DNA of 64,000 nucleotides from Podarcis cretensis (GCA_951804945.1 OX638155.1:17422001-17486000); one strand, 5' to 3'; counted from the first letter of the stretch, positions 38,897 to 53,101 are shown. The notes: generated by a model not told the origin, from the letters alone. Translations and numbers: made by a program.

Positions 38897-39231
38897 CAGT
38901 GGTGCCTCGCAAGACGAAAATAATCCGTTCCGCGAGTCTCTTCGTCTTGCGGTTTTTTCGTCTTGCGAAGCAACCCTATTAGCGGCTTAGCGGATTAGTG
39001 CTATTAGCGGCTTAGCGGCTATTAGCGGCAAAGCGGCTAAGCAGCTATTAGCGGCTTAGCGGCTTAGAAAAAGGGGGGGAGTGAAAAAATCGCAAGACTC
39101 GCAAGACGTTTTCGTCTTGCGAAGCAAGCCCATAGGGAAATTCGTCTTGCGAAGCACCTCGAAAAACAGAAAACCCTTTCGTCTAGCGGGTTTTTCGTCT
39201 TGCGAGGCATTCGTCTTGCGAGGCACCACTG
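38897..39231. mobile_element. Tigger-like MITE, family B (CpG-rich)
   Basis: Perfect TIR CAGTGGTGCCTCGCAAGACGAA; TA TSD; CGTCTTGCG and TTAGCGGC arrays. Confidence 0.9.
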
Positions 39232-39512
39232 TATTCAGCTAGTATTGCAGAATAGTGCACTCAAAAAGCTGTTTTTCTTCTTCTATTGAAAAAAAAAATC
39301 TGACTTTGATTTGCAAGCTCTTTTCGGAAGATATGTGGCTGATAGAGATTGTGGCATTGAGTCAAAGTACTGCCATGAGCTGCAGACAAAAGTTTATGAC
39401 AATAACCAAGTTTGCCCTAGCTCAGGCAAACACATAGCTCCTTTTCTAATCTCCTACATTCCCACAAGATTAGAATTCCATAATGCTAGGCATTAACCTC
39501 CTGCCCTCCTAA

Positions 39513-39550
<38 letters not shown>
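39513..39550. repeat. (TAA)n microsatellite
   Basis: Direct reading. Confidence 0.95.
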
Positions 39551-39831
39551 GCTGAGAAAGGGGTATACCTGTTTGAGAGCTCTTAATTCCAAGATATATT
39601 AATGGGTAGAGGAACACAAAAAATATATAAAGGGAGTGTGACTACAGTCAGTTGACTTTTCTATTTGGACACAACCAGTCATTAGAATGGAAAGAAAAAA
39701 GCCCTGTAGTCACTCTAATAACAGTGACATGTGACCAAAGATTCAGACAACCAGCTGCAATTTGACTCTTAAAAACATCGTCAGAAACAATAACTATACA
39801 CCTCAAATCTTAAGTGCAGGGAAACACGGTA

Positions 39832-40049
39832 CAGTGGTACCTCTGGTTACATACTTAATTCATTCCGGAGGTCCATTCTTAACCTGAAACCGTTCTTAAC
39901 CTGGGGTACCACTTTAGCTAATGGGGCCTCCCGCTGCCACCGGCGTGCGATTTTTGTTCTCATCCTGAGGTAAAGTTCTTAACCCAAGGAACTATTTCTG
40001 GGTTAGCAGAGTCTGTAACCTGAAGTGTTTGTAATCCAAGGTACCACTG
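39832..40049. mobile_element. Tigger-like MITE, family A
   Basis: TA TSD and CAGTGGTACC TIRs. Confidence 0.88.
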
Positions 40050-41599
40050 TATGAGTGTGTGCATGTAAGAGAGGGCATAAGGAGAAAGCAAACACAATGT
40101 ATACAAAGAAAGGTTATTCTTGCAGTAAAAGATAACATAGTAACAAAAGGAAACACAGTTACAGTCACAATTTTAAGGCAGCATTCTTCATTGGTGGCAG
40201 AGACCATCTATAGTGCTTTATGAACAAAACCTCTCATCTGCATTTTGGCAGGTCTGTGATTTTGCCTTGCTCATCTCAAAAGGAAGATGCTATAGGACTT
40301 TCATGCTTCACATTGGCATGAGGACATACATCCCATTGCTCCCTCAGATCCTTTTTACCGCAGTATGTAATTAGCCAGTTGCCCATTGGAGGAGAGTAGC
40401 AACATTTTTCTGCCTACGCTATACTGCTGATCTGATGGGGGTGGAGATATCTAATTGTTCTTTTGCCACATCCTGTGGCTGCATGAGAGCATGAGCTCAG
40501 TAAGCAGCCCACACTCTCTGACCTCCCCAAAACTTTGTGGAAGCAAATCAGGATGAAAGCTAAACAAACAGGTCATCTGGAAGTAACCCACATCTGCATT
40601 GTACGCACCGTGTTTGGGTGTCAGCATGAAGAACAAGCTTATACTGAATACCGTTGCTTCATTCCACATGTAACCAACATTCCATTAGACAAATCCAAGT
40701 CCAAACGTTCCTTCTCAACTCCACGTTTTGATCTTTCAGTGGTTGCTTCTTTTCCTTGTTCACTAAGATACTTCTTGCGAATGGGCATCTGTGACCCTGC
40801 TAAAAAGAAAAAATAAATATTATATAGGCAACTGTCTATTTGAGGAAGGTCTTGAGAATCCATTTATGATGTTTCTTTCCCCTTTTTATGGAACAGTCTA
40901 CACATAGGATTTCTGTTGTTCCTTGATAATTATTTATTGAATGAGGTCTCTCTGTGTTTATGCTGCTTGATCAATTTTATTGCATATATTCCGCCTCTGA
41001 TGGAGCACAGCAGTTCAAACTGCTTAAGATTTCTGATTCTACCATTGATAATACCTGTGGTTTTTGGTGTTGTGTGTATATATGTGTGCATGATGGGGTT
41101 CCCCCCCCCCCTTTGCAACAAAGAACATATGCTACCACTGAGCCAACTTTTCTTTTCTTTTCTTTTTTATCTCCTGGGAACCCTTGCAAAATGAGTTCCA
41201 TATCTCTTGAGTTGCTGCAGGTTGGAATTAAAATAAATAATTAAATAAGTTGATGGAGGGGTACCAGAAGAGAGGGATAAAGTTCTTCTTGTGCTGCTGA
41301 AACTCATTAGAGTATACTGGTTCCTGTTTAGCGAAGCAGTGAGACTCTAATGAATTCCCAAGGACCCAACTCTAGCATCGTGATGCAAGATAAAGGAAGC
41401 TTTGCAACCAGGAAAGCACAAAGGCCAAGATGAACTGTAAATCAGATGGGGTTTCAGAGGGCTTCGGAGCTCACCTGTCTGGTCAGACACCAGCAAGACA
41501 CTTCCAGGGTCCACACCACATACAGTCATACAGTGTCAACTGGCTGGTTTGCCTCATACTCTCCAAGACTTCTCCAATGAAAATAGGTGTGTCCTATTC

Positions 41600-41636
<37 letters not shown>

Positions 41637-41775
41637 TTACCCCAGCCACTCTGGGCAGCTTCCAACAATTATAAAAACAGAATAAAGCATCAAACATGTT
41701 AAAACTTCCCTATGCAAGGCTGCCTTCAGATGTCTTCTAAAGGTTGTATAGTTACTTATCAACTTGGCTCAGGGG
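41600..41775 (-). mobile_element. L2 3' end inserted in a MITE-like element (~41556-41905)
   Basis: (ATT)n plus CCCAGCCACTCTGGGC…AGATGTCTTCTAAA; host termini CATACTCTCCAA / TTGGAGGGTCTG. Confidence 0.6.
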
Positions 41776-43799
41776 GCAACATTTTGCTAATGAAAATAGG
41801 GATGTCCTAAGGAAAAGCACAACATTTTGGGATCAAATTAGAAACCGGGATGGCTTCTGTAAATATGGGACTGTCCCTGGGAAATGGGGACACTTGGAGG
41901 GTCTGCATTCACACTCCTGAAGCCAGGAGTGAGTTGTCCAAACCTAACGTTTGAAATCAGGATTCTGTCATTATCAAAGATGCCATCAACTAGACTAAAT
42001 AATGTTATCAGCTACAAATGAAGCAAACTGATGCCTCATTGAAAAACCAAAACAACAAAGAAGATGCACCCATATTTCAACTCCTACTTGCATGCAAGCA
42101 GGAGGGGGCAGGGATCCCTCAGCTGGGAAGGGAGGCTTCCTGTTGCCTAACTGGGAGATCCCTGCCCCCTCCTGTTTGTATGTAAGCTCTGATAGGTAGT
42201 GTGAAGCCTCCCTTCACAGCTGTGCGATCCCCTCCCCCTCCTGCTTGTACACAATTAGGAGTTTGGGGGCTGCTCTGATAGGCAGCATGAAGCCTCCCTT
42301 CCCAGCTTAGTTGCTGGGGTCAGGGAAGGTGGAGGCAGCCCGGAAACTGCATCTTAGAGCCCCTGCACCACCATCATATGGGAACTTCCAAGCAGCTCCT
42401 GAAGCCAGCCAGAGCCAACTGCTCCAGGCTGCTGAGACTGTCGCTGCTGCATTTCCCAGGGATTGAATTTGTCCGGGGACTTATTCGTAAATCTGGGGAC
42501 TGTCCCCAGGAAAGGGGGATGTCTGGTACCCCTACCTTACAAGATAGAACACAGGGTTGCACTGGCATTGCATTGAAAAACAACTTCTTGACAGTGGAAC
42601 ATGTACTCACTAGGTGGTTTGGGGCTGTTGCATTGCCAGTTTCCCCCCACCCCTCCTCAGTGCACCAGTAGAATGTGCAACTGTGAAATAAGCTACATTT
42701 AGAGCTGGGGAGGTAAATTTTTCAGAAGGCAGGAAGAGTGTGAAATGATGGGAAAGGATTAATAGTTATATTTAAAATCCAATCCTGGAAAACAATAATG
42801 GTATCTAAGTTCTAAAGAAAGCAGGAGACGAAGTTATTCATGACTATTGGAAGTCTCGTATGATATAACAGGATGTCTAAGCCCACACAACTTTCTCTGG
42901 ATTTTTCTTTTTCTTTTATTGAGATGGGGAGGGTCTTACAATATACTATTTTTAATATATTATTACCCACCCATAGCAGTTGAGACCAGGTACATTGCAA
43001 AAGCAAACAAACCATCAGACTAGAATGAAGAAGTATATAAATGTTGGCAAGACGTTTAGGGAGGGGATCAACCACTGAAACAGTTTTGGAAAGTGGAAAT
43101 GGAGCAATGTAAAGCAAGGACACAGAAATTGGGCAGGAATGAATCAATTCACTAAAGCAGAACTGGGAAAGGGAAAAAGAACAAGTGCATATACTGTGCA
43201 ATTGTATGGAAATATATATATATGCGGAGCTGTATCTATCACAGCTGGATTTGCTCCCAGCTGTTAACAGGAAGAAATGGAAGCTGAGAGAACAAAAAAC
43301 CTGGAAGAGAACATTTCGCAGGCACTGTGATGTACTGAGGGAGTCTACGGTGATGGCGCCTCTGATAGTGTTTGGATGAGCTGTCATAACATGAAGGACT
43401 AGGCAGGATTTATTTATTAATTTACTAAAACATTTCCATGCTGCCTCTTCCCCTTTTAGAAGTTAAAAGTAAACCAGCAATAGCTCAGGATGGGAATAGG
43501 GTGGGGTAGAGATATTATGAAGGAGGGTTTGAATCCAATGGGCAGGAAAGGGATGCCAGAGGGATGGGTATAAGAGGAGGAAATAAAGTTGAAGGCTGTC
43601 TAGGGAGGGTACTCCACAGAGTGGGTACCACTATCCCAAAGCTATGCTCCCTGGCTCCGCAGATGGAACTTCAGCAAGCAGCAAGACATGGTGCAAGGCT
43701 GTCTCTGCAGATCTTAATGTGTGGAGAAGGGCTTGTGGCAGAAAGCAATCCCTGAGATACCTTTTGCAGGTGATAAATAGTACTCTGAATTCTCACCCC

Positions 43800-43835
<36 letters not shown>

Positions 43836-45853
43836 GTGTTTGAGTTATAACATTTTAGGTCCGCAGCTGAAATGTAAACAGATCCTTAATTACTGCAGTG
43901 TGTGTGCGCGCGAGAAAGTAGAGAATGATTGGCAAAACGGCCTTAAAACACTCAAGAGCTCATTAGTTGGGGCTTAAGCAATAAAGCCCTTTATCTAACT
44001 TTAGCTGTCCTCTTAAAGCTGACTTCTCAAAAACCTGTTGCTTAAGCGTTGATGGGAAAGCCAGCTTTAATAGCTCAGCTGCTGGCAAAATGCCCAACAA
44101 TTTAAGACTGTGATTCATTTGTGGTCTATTTTTCTCATTCTCTCTCAGCCAGTTAAAGTCAAGGGTAACCAAAGCAGTGATCTGAACCTTCAACCTAGAG
44201 CTCAGATGCTAAGTGAACCAAAACTTTTCTGACGTTTGAAAATGACCACTTAACTCTCCTCCCCTCCCCATTATTTTTCATTTCTACCTGCCAAGACTGG
44301 AAATGTAAGCACTAAAATATTGCAAAGATCGACAACACACACTCGCAGCATTCCTATTTGAACCTAGAAGGCAAAAGTGTTTCCCTGGATCCAGCAAAAA
44401 AGGCCAGTGGCATGCATATGCAGGTTCCCTTGACCACAGCCAATATGGCAAGGATATGCAACTCCATCTGCACTGTGATGGGCATATAAGGCCCACTGAA
44501 TGGTCTGGATGTGTTTTTTTTACAGATACATGCCCCTCTCTATCCGGTTACTGAAGGGAATTCATTCTGCATCAGGGCTTTTGCATTTCAGAGGATAATA
44601 ACTGTATTACTGGATCAGAGCACTAATTCAACATTCTGTTTCCAACAACCAGCAGCCAGATGTCTCAGACAAGAAGGGTTTCATAGCGCAAAACTGGACA
44701 GGAACCCATACCCACGACTAGCAATTGTATAAATGTTCTTTTAGCACAGCGATTGGAGCTTTTCTCTAGATGCAAACAGAATGCCTGGAGGGAGGAGGAT
44801 CTGGTTCAGGAATAATTGCTAATTGCATGAATGGTGTCACATCTAGTTTGACCCTAAATTATAGTTTTCCCCCTATGGTATGCCTCAAGAGCCTGGTATT
44901 CAGATCTACATGGAAGTTCCATTAACAACTCAGAGGCTTACTCATTAATTTGTCTAATACTTAACAAAAGAAAAACCAGCCATCTGAGCTAGAGATCATT
45001 AGTATACCTTGTGGCAAAGAAGTCCCCTGATAGTTACGTGGTTGGCCTTGAATCTACTGCTATCCAGCTTCATTACATCACTGCATGTTCTAGTATTCTG
45101 AGAGGCTTCTATCCACACTTTCCACACACCAATAGCAAACACACAAGTCTTTTTTATGACTTCCATGTAAGCTGCCTGTATGCTGAGCATTAATTCTGCA
45201 GGAGCAAAGTCATGTCCACTGGTGGTGTAATATCACAAATACCAACGGCGGGCTCACTTGCCCAAATGCAAGTCCTTTCGTAGCCACCCTCTCACAAGGA
45301 GGAGATATCAGAAGGGTTGGTGAAACTTACATTAAGAGAAAAAATGAATAGCAAAAATATACCAAATGGGAGAGAAGGAACCCAAAAAAGCTCATTGTGG
45401 ACTTTGTAAGCTCAGGGAGAACATAATAAGAGCCTAACAAGACCCATGAGGCCAGCATCTTGTTCTCACAGTGGCCAACCAAATACCTGTGGGAAACTTG
45501 CGAGCAGAACATGAGCACAGCAGTACTATGCCCTCCTATGATTCCCAGGAAATGGTTGTCAGGAGTTCAGCCTACACTCGAGTAGGACCCTGGTAGAGAC
45601 ACATGCCCGCCTGGCATGTTCCCTCCCTCCTGGTTGATCGTTCAGGAGCTTCAAAAGACACCAGCACACTTAGGGATCCGCAGAGTTTGCGCACCTTGCG
45701 TGACAGACCTCAGCAACTCAGCATTTTGGCTAATCTGCTTTATTTACACAGGGAGCACTGCAACATGGCTCCCTCTTTTTCTAGCATCAGACAGCAAAGA
45801 GAAAAAGAACAAAGGACAATAGTCCCACTTCACGGAACACAGTAACACAAATA

Positions 45854-46179
45854 CAGTGGTGCCTCGCAAGACAAAATTAATCCGTTCCGTGAGGCTCTTC
45901 GTATAGCGGTTTTTTCGTCTTGCGAAGCAAGCCCATTGACAGCTTAGCGGATTAGCGCTATTAGCAGTTTAGCGGCTTTTAGCGGATCAGCTGATAAGCA
46001 GCTTAGCTGCTTAGGAAAAGGGGGGGAGGGGAAAAAACCCATAGGAACTCGCAAGACATTTCGTCTTGCGAAGCAAGCCCATAGGGAAATTCGTTTTGCG
46101 AAGCGTCTCCAAAACGGAAAACCCTTTCGTCTAGCGGGTTTTCCGTCTTGCGAGGCGTTCGTCTTGCGGGGCACCACTG
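45854..46179. mobile_element. Tigger-like MITE, family B
   Basis: Homologous to 38897-39231; TA TSD. Confidence 0.9.
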
Positions 46180-46499
46180 TATCCTGTTTCCGTCACTTCC
46201 CACTCTGTGGAGTCAAAACACATACCACCATGTGAAAGACAACAAACCCATGACTGCAATCATGGAGCTGGAATTCAAACAATGATATCATACTGCCTCT
46301 GACAGTGGAGGTAGAACATACCCATGATTGCTGGTAGGCTTTTTTATCCTTGTCCTCCACGATCCTCCACCCCCCCCCCAAAAAAAATCCTCTTTTAAAG
46401 CCATCCATGTTGGAAGCAATCATTGTCACCTGCGGGGACAACTGTGCTGAATGTGAGTCTATACTGAATCTTCCAATATTCAGCTAAAACGGATGTCCA

Positions 46500-47135
46500 C
46501 AAACTCTAGTAATATGAGAGGGAGAAATAAAGCTTGTCACCACCCACTTTCTGCATGCCATGAATACTTTTATAAGCTTCTATCATTCTATCATCTTACT
46601 CGCCTTTTCTCTCAGCTAAAAAGTCACAAAAATAACCTTTATGCAAAGAGAAGTTGCTCCACCCCCTTAATAATTTCAGCTGCCTTTTTCAGAACCTTTT
46701 AAAACTCTGCAATAGCCCTTATGAGTTGAGGTGACTAGAACTGTGCACAGTATTCCAAATGCAGTTTCACCGTAGATTTGCATAATGGCATTGTGACATT
46801 GGCAGTTTTGTTTCCAGTTCCTTTCCTAATGATCACTAGCGTGGAATTTGCCTTTTTCACAGCTGCCACACATTGAGTTGACAATTGAGCTATCCGCTAT
46901 GACTCCAAGGTTGCATTTCACTGCCAATTCAGACCCTGTGGATGTACATGTGAAATTGATGGCATTTTGGGGGGTGTTGTTGTTTTTTGCCCTGATATGC
47001 ATCATTTTTTGCGCTTGTTTACAGTGAATTGCATCTGCCATTTTACTACCCATTCACTCTGCTTGTAGGATCTTCATCATCTCTTTTTTGTTAAAAGGAC
47101 TCTGAACCGTTCAGTATCATCTGCAAACCTGGCCA
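46500..47135 (-). mobile_element. CR1 LINE RT fragment (decayed)
   Basis: FADDT catalytic motif at 47113-47127(-) and C.AAVKKANS.L.II motif. Confidence 0.8.
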
Positions 47136-47312
47136 CCGTAAAGCTGGCTGGCTTTTGGAAGGAAGAGCACAGAAAGAAGGAGTTGGGATGGAGTGGCTGG
47201 AAACCTGAACACTTAGTCAGTTTTATTGCACATAGCCAAAGGCTACCGCAATGTACACAGAATCATTCAACAATTAAAAGAAAATATACTGAATTGATAC
47301 AAAAACTTAAAA

Positions 47313-48017
47313 TGAAGGAATGGGATTCCCAAACCCAAAACTGACTGTGCAGGCAGTGTGAAACAGGCACCAAAATCCCTATTTTTCCTTAGCTAAAATC
47401 CATTAACTTGAGCTCTGAGTCAATGTATAAACAAAAACCCGGCTGAATAAACAAGTGCTCAGAGTCATCTCCTTTATCAGTTCATGATGGCAAGGATGGC
47501 CTTGACTGTTCCAGTAGAACAGGGATGACATGTCTAGGTCTTATCTTACGTCCTGGACACACTCTGACACATAGACACCTAGTCTGGGAACAGCGCCAGA
47601 GTGTGTTCTTGGAGTTGGTGACCTCTTGCTCCAAGATAAGAGTAGGAACAGGAATAGCCTTTATGGTCAGAAGTACAGGAAGGAATACACTTTTATGGTC
47701 AGAAGTACAGGAAGGAATACCATTTTATGGTTAAGAATACCGGAGCAGGAACACATGTGAAGTCAACCTGCGTGTATAGGCTGATGTGGTTGGATTCCTG
47801 GGGAAGGAGGGAGAGGGTGCCTGGAGGATATATATACTGCATAAAATTTCTCATTTCTTTGGACTTGCTGTGGACACACCACACAGGTGCCTTTCTGCTG
47901 TTCCGGAGAGCAGAAATAAAGAACTCTTTCTCTGAACCAACCCTCGGTGTCATTTGACTTCCTTCCTCCTGTCCAGGAGCAACACAGACGCAATCGGTGA
48001 ACTCCAATAAGGCTACA
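47313..48017 (+). mobile_element. Solo LTR (705 bp, ERV1/gypsy-like)
   Basis: TG…CA termini; 4-bp TSD AAAA at 47309-47312 and 48018-48021; U3 32-bp tandem repeats at ~47660-47735; TATA at 47829-47836; AATAAA at 47915-47920. The empty site is visible in the 5.5-kb paralogue. Confidence 0.85.
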
Positions 48018-48437
48018 AAAACATGTATATTATCAAGACATTACCTACTCTAAACAGAGCTATAAAAGTACCGTAATATACAAGTTAAGACATTAAACAA
48101 TAAAATTTATAAGCTTAAATTATCACATGGTCACTAATATATTAAAATAATGTTAATTAATACAATGTGCAATTATATTTGGAGTTTGGTGATAAAGATA
48201 GAATACAGTTTGATGTAGATGTAGATAGGGTCAAATAAATTCATCTCCTTTACAGTTGGTGGCTACCTTGGCTATATAATTTGCTCTAATTTTCCTAGTG
48301 GCAGTTGCAAAGAGTGCTACATGCCAGGTCACATACTTATCTGTGTCTGGAAGGAGATATAAAATCATGTCAGAGGGGTTCTGGCCAGGGGACCTTGTCA
48401 TTATAGGTGCCAAAAATATTTCTCTTGCTTCATTATA

Positions 48438-48675
48438 CATTGGTACCTCGGGTAACGCTTCAGGTTACATACGCTTCAGGTTACAGACTCTGCTATCCCA
48501 GAAATAGTACCTCAGGTTAAGAACTTTGCTTCAGGATGAGAACAGAAATCATGCTCCGGTGGTGCAGCGGCAGCAGGAGGCCGCATTAGCTAAAGTGGTG
48601 CTTCAGGTTAAGAACAGTTTCAGGTTAAGAACGGACCTCTGGAACGAATTAAGTACTTAACCTGAGGTATCACTG
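48438..48675. mobile_element. Tigger-like MITE, family A (inverted), inside the RTE-X-like LINE
   Basis: TA TSD; reverse complement of 30478-30719. Confidence 0.88.
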
Positions 48676-51600
48676 TATAAGGGGCAGTGCAAGATATAAT
48701 GCATAAGGTACTCCACTTGCTTCTTTGGGTTGTGTCCTGGCTTTTTTCAGCTACTAAGCATTCTTCCAGCCTTTGGGAATGCATTGACGCTGCTGAACAT
48801 TACTTTTCAAACTTTGGAGGACCGTCCTGCAGCTCACACATTCATCTATGAGAAGTCAGACTGAGGAGCGTTAAATCTTTGCAAAACCTCTGAACGGGCA
48901 CTATAACTGAACTGATTAAAAAGAAATATGGTTGGCAGTGTGTTCTAGACGAGGCACCAACTCCTATCGCAGCATTATCCAGTATCCTGACCTGCACCAC
49001 TGATCCAGATTTCAAGACATGAAAACATCATAAAGCCTACTGCAAAATGTCAGAAGTCATATGATGAATTATTTAAAAGAATCAGATTGTGGGAAATATA
49101 GTGTTTTATTCATTTACTGCTCGGAAATACCAGCTGCTGTAAAATTCTGAAGTAATCCGCTTTGCCACTGATAGTTTTATCAGCTAAAACAGTGATGTGG
49201 CATCTATGGCTATCCAGATGTTGCATCCCTGTTGGCCTTGCTAGCTGAGCTTGATGTCCAATAACATCTGGAGGCCAAAGGATTTCCTACCCCTGAACTT
49301 AAGACATTTAGCCCCCCCAGATTCAAGACTCTGAAGATGCACAACATTATTATGAGAAATTCTTTTTCCCCTTTTTTGTATTTTGAAACCTGTTTTCCTG
49401 GTCCAAAGGAATGGATTTCTATGGGAAAGTCTTTGCTTTTTTTAAAAAAAATAAAAATGTCAGCTTGTTTAGTTTGCTCTGGTACCTTTTCACTAGACGT
49501 TCTTCCATTGACAGTCTTCACTGACAGTCACCTTGCATCATGTTGTTTGTAGTCCCGCTCTCTTAGCCTAACAGCTTGCTATAGTTTAACAGGAAATTTC
49601 TAAGTCTGTAGCCACTGTGAAAATTCACACAAATGCTTTCTCCAAGCAACCTTCATAAGGAACCAAAGCCCACCCCACCCCCCACTTTGCAGTTTAGCAT
49701 TATAGCACAAACTGGTTGTGAGAGAATGCTGCCACCTGAATACTGCTACAAGAGGACATCTTGACACAACCCCCCCCCCCCCCAAGAAAGTTATTGCTAG
49801 ATGTCAGGTGCTTCCTTTGGAGGAAAAAAAAAGGGATTTCGCTGAAAGGAGGACAAGGCAACAGTGTTTGGTCAAGGGCTCTGTGTTCTCCTTGAGGCTA
49901 CACAAGCAGCAGCAAAAAGATTTCATTTTCCGTTGAACAAATTTGACAGAGCCCTCTGCTCACCTTCATCTATCTGCCAGCCATGCCTCACTTGCACAAA
50001 GACGCAAAAACAGGAGAAAACAAAATGGGGATAATGATCAAACATAACCTACACTGCTGTTATCGTCTTCTCGACTGAGCAGACCCTTCCCTTCCGATTA
50101 ACCTTTTCGATAAGTATGAAGTGAGGAAATCATTTAGACTGCCTCACCTGATGCTTGGATTTTGAATGAAAATGGAGAGAAAATCCAAGGGTTGGGAGAT
50201 TTGCCTCCCTTTGGGGAAGGGGTTTTCTAAACCCCTAGAGATCTTTTCCAACTCTAGCTTGAACAAACTCTTGTGACATCCCTTCTAAAAATGCATTCCT
50301 TCCTCCATACCGCCTTCAGAAGGAGCCAATACCATTTGCTTGAGCTCATGTGTATTCAGCTCACCCTTTTGAAATATCATTTCCTTTTAGCACATTTCTA
50401 TCCGTGGTTTAAAAAAGAAGCTATTATAATTAGGTCATGAAACCTAGACTTTGGCCTTCTCCTCTTTACTTTGGTCTTTGCGGAAGTCTAACATGCTCTG
50501 ATTTCTGGCAATATTTATTTCCTTAAACTGCTGTACTCCTCTCAAGCACATCAAGTAGCAGCATGTCACCTATATGGAAGATCTAAGAAGAAAATAAAAG
50601 ACCTTGCAGCTCTGATGCAAGTGTTAGTACTCCTCCCCAGCATACAGTACTCAATTTGACACATCAGTGGAACAATAAGAGGGGAAATGGGTGTGGGGAG
50701 GAAACAACACCTTGAAGAGTACACAAAACCTACAATCTCTCAATCTTGGGTCACCTTGATTTTCACTGACAGGATATGAAAAATTCCAACTGTACTCACA
50801 GCATGTTTTTATTGCTGTTCTCTGGTTTTTACATCTTGATTGTTTAAGAAGCAGAAGCAAACAATAAGTCCATTATTTACGGACACAAGCAGATTAAAAG
50901 CTTAATTTTTCATAAGATGCTTTACAATTTCCTTTTACAAAATCACCTTATACATTGTCTACTCAAAAGTAAACCCCGTGGAGTTCTATGGGGCTTACTC
51001 CCATGGAAGTATGTATAGGGTTGCAGCCTGAATGTGCATTTTCCTATAGTAATATAAAAGTGATTGTGGATTACATCCTGGATAGAATACCTGCACATGA
51101 TGAAAGGAGTCAATTACGGTACATAACAAAATAACCTATTCTTTATCTTTCTTCAGCTACTTGCGCATAGCATGTTAATTTGGAAATAATTGTTACATCC
51201 TAAACCTTCAAAATGCCTATTCTTAAACACTAGATAATTTAGCATTTGTCCTGTATTGTGTGTACTATATATACTTTCATCTGTAAACTCTTTGGTACCA
51301 ACTCTTTGTTTCTGTTAACAAATATTTTAGGATCTTAGACTGTTTCAATATATTACAAACCTATTTTAAAATTCACTTAATATATTTTCATGGTAGCTTT
51401 TACAACCTAAGGCAAGCCTATAAAGCAGTTATCACCACTTCCCCAAGCTGTGAAAATCACTACTGCATTTTGTTTCCTTTGAGTTGCGACATCCTTGTAA
51501 TATATGTTTATTCACAAATACATAGAGACTACTGGGAGCGAGCAGACTCCCAAAGCAGTGTCTTATGTAGACAATGAAGAAAACATATTTTGTAATTGTT

Positions 51601-52873
51601 AGCTAATGTCCTGTGGTGTTACACATTTTTGCATGGTTTTTATTGCCTAGGCAGACGCATTATGTGACCCATGAGAGCAGCGAAATAACTAGACTGTACA
51701 ATGGTGATGGGATAAAATCAGGCCCAATCTTTGACAGCAGAAGGCAGGGCAAAGGTTGGCATGACATTGGGTCCCAGGATCAGTTCATCATTCCAGAAGC
51801 CCCAAGTTGATGGAATGGATCTGCTGGGTTTGGATCACTCCAAACCTGTACAATGGAAGGTGATATTAGGATATAGTTCCATTCCACCTTTAGAACAGAT
51901 GTGTGGATTGCTGTATGCCACATGTCTGTTTACTTCCAGCACAGTCTGCTGGGAACCTCCGTTGTCTATTGCTTTTGCTATATGGCTATTTGCTTGGACA
52001 CAAAGGGAAGTAGACATGTTTTTCCTTTGTTCCTGATGCTGAATAAACACCTGTAAATATTATTACATATGCCTCTGTCCGCCACTTCCGTTGTGAAAAG
52101 TTATTAACTCTGCTGAGTAGAGCATGCTTAGTCTCTGAATGCTTCTGAGGCTCGAGTTGCTGATTGATGCTGTTCTGAGAACAGGAATTTGCCCGGCTGC
52201 AGCCAGCTGGGGGCCTGCCAAATGCCCCCGTCTCCCCGGATGCATCCCAACAGGTGGCCCATGTTGAACCTTGCCCATTGTGCAAGCCAAGCAAGCGAGG
52301 CCTCACTGGGGGACCAGGGTGCAGATTCCAACCAGGCAGTTACTGAACACAAGCTTGGGTTTGCCATGGTCAATCCTCCCCTCAGGCCCCTTATGTGTCT
52401 CCCTATACTATGTTGATCCTGACCAATGCTATTTCAGCCCTCATACAATGTTCTTCTGCCTAACAAAGGAAAGTCATAATTTCACTGAGGGAAAGGGCAG
52501 GGGGAGGGACTCAACCAAGTGTCAGTCAGGCTGAGGGGGGTGGGATCATTTCCAGCCCTGTCAACCAGTGACCCAAAATTGCTCAGTGAAGGCTCTAACC
52601 CGAGGGTGGGCAGACAGGAAGCTCTCAAAACAAAATGGCTGTGAGCTCTCCCCTCCCTTCTGAAGCAATGACTCATGGGGCAGCTTTTTCCCATGAGCCC
52701 ATCACACAGAGAGGATACTGGGCAAAACCTTGCCCAGTATTTTGCTGCAATCTATGGGCCACAGCACCACCGGGCAAAGGCATCCCGTGTTTATGGGGTT
52801 GTATAAATGTATGTTTGATGTCATCCATTTTGATTTTTCCCCTCCCATAGAATTGCAGTCTACAATGTTTTTT

Positions 52874-52955
52874 TAGATAGATAGATAGATGGCAGACAGA
52901 TGATAGATGATAGATAGATGATGATAGATAGATAGATGATAGATAGATATAGATA
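52874..52955. repeat. Imperfect (GATA)n microsatellite
   Basis: Direct reading. Confidence 0.9.
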
Positions 52956-52965
52956 TGGCCTAACT

Positions 52966-53101
52966 CAGGCATAGGCAAATTCCAGCTCTCCAGATGTTTC
53001 GGACTACAATTCCCATCATCCCTGACCACTGGTCCTGTTAGCTAGGGATGATGGGAATTGTAGTCCCAAACATTTGGAGGGCCAGAGTTTGCCTATGCCT
53101 G
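52966..53101. mobile_element. hAT palindromic MITE
   Basis: TIR CAGGCATAGGCAAA; perfect TSD GCCTAACT. Confidence 0.92.

Larger units (their letters stand above)
47213..48740 (-). mobile_element. RTE-X-like LINE 3' portion hosting a solo LTR and a MITE
   Basis: Rejoined protein VEYLMHYILHCPLY|NEAREIFLAPI (CCHC-type C-terminus). Collinear with 5156-5639 once the inserts are removed. Confidence 0.7.

Noticed and set aside
42812-43387. 191-aa ORF in a possibly decayed retroelement region
   Set aside because: No motif could be identified in any frame, so it is left unannotated.
47655-47740. 32-bp direct repeats resembling a CRISPR array (also 9184-9245, 38975-39070)
   Set aside because: Head-to-tail repeats without unique spacers, inside eukaryotic transposons, with no cas genes.
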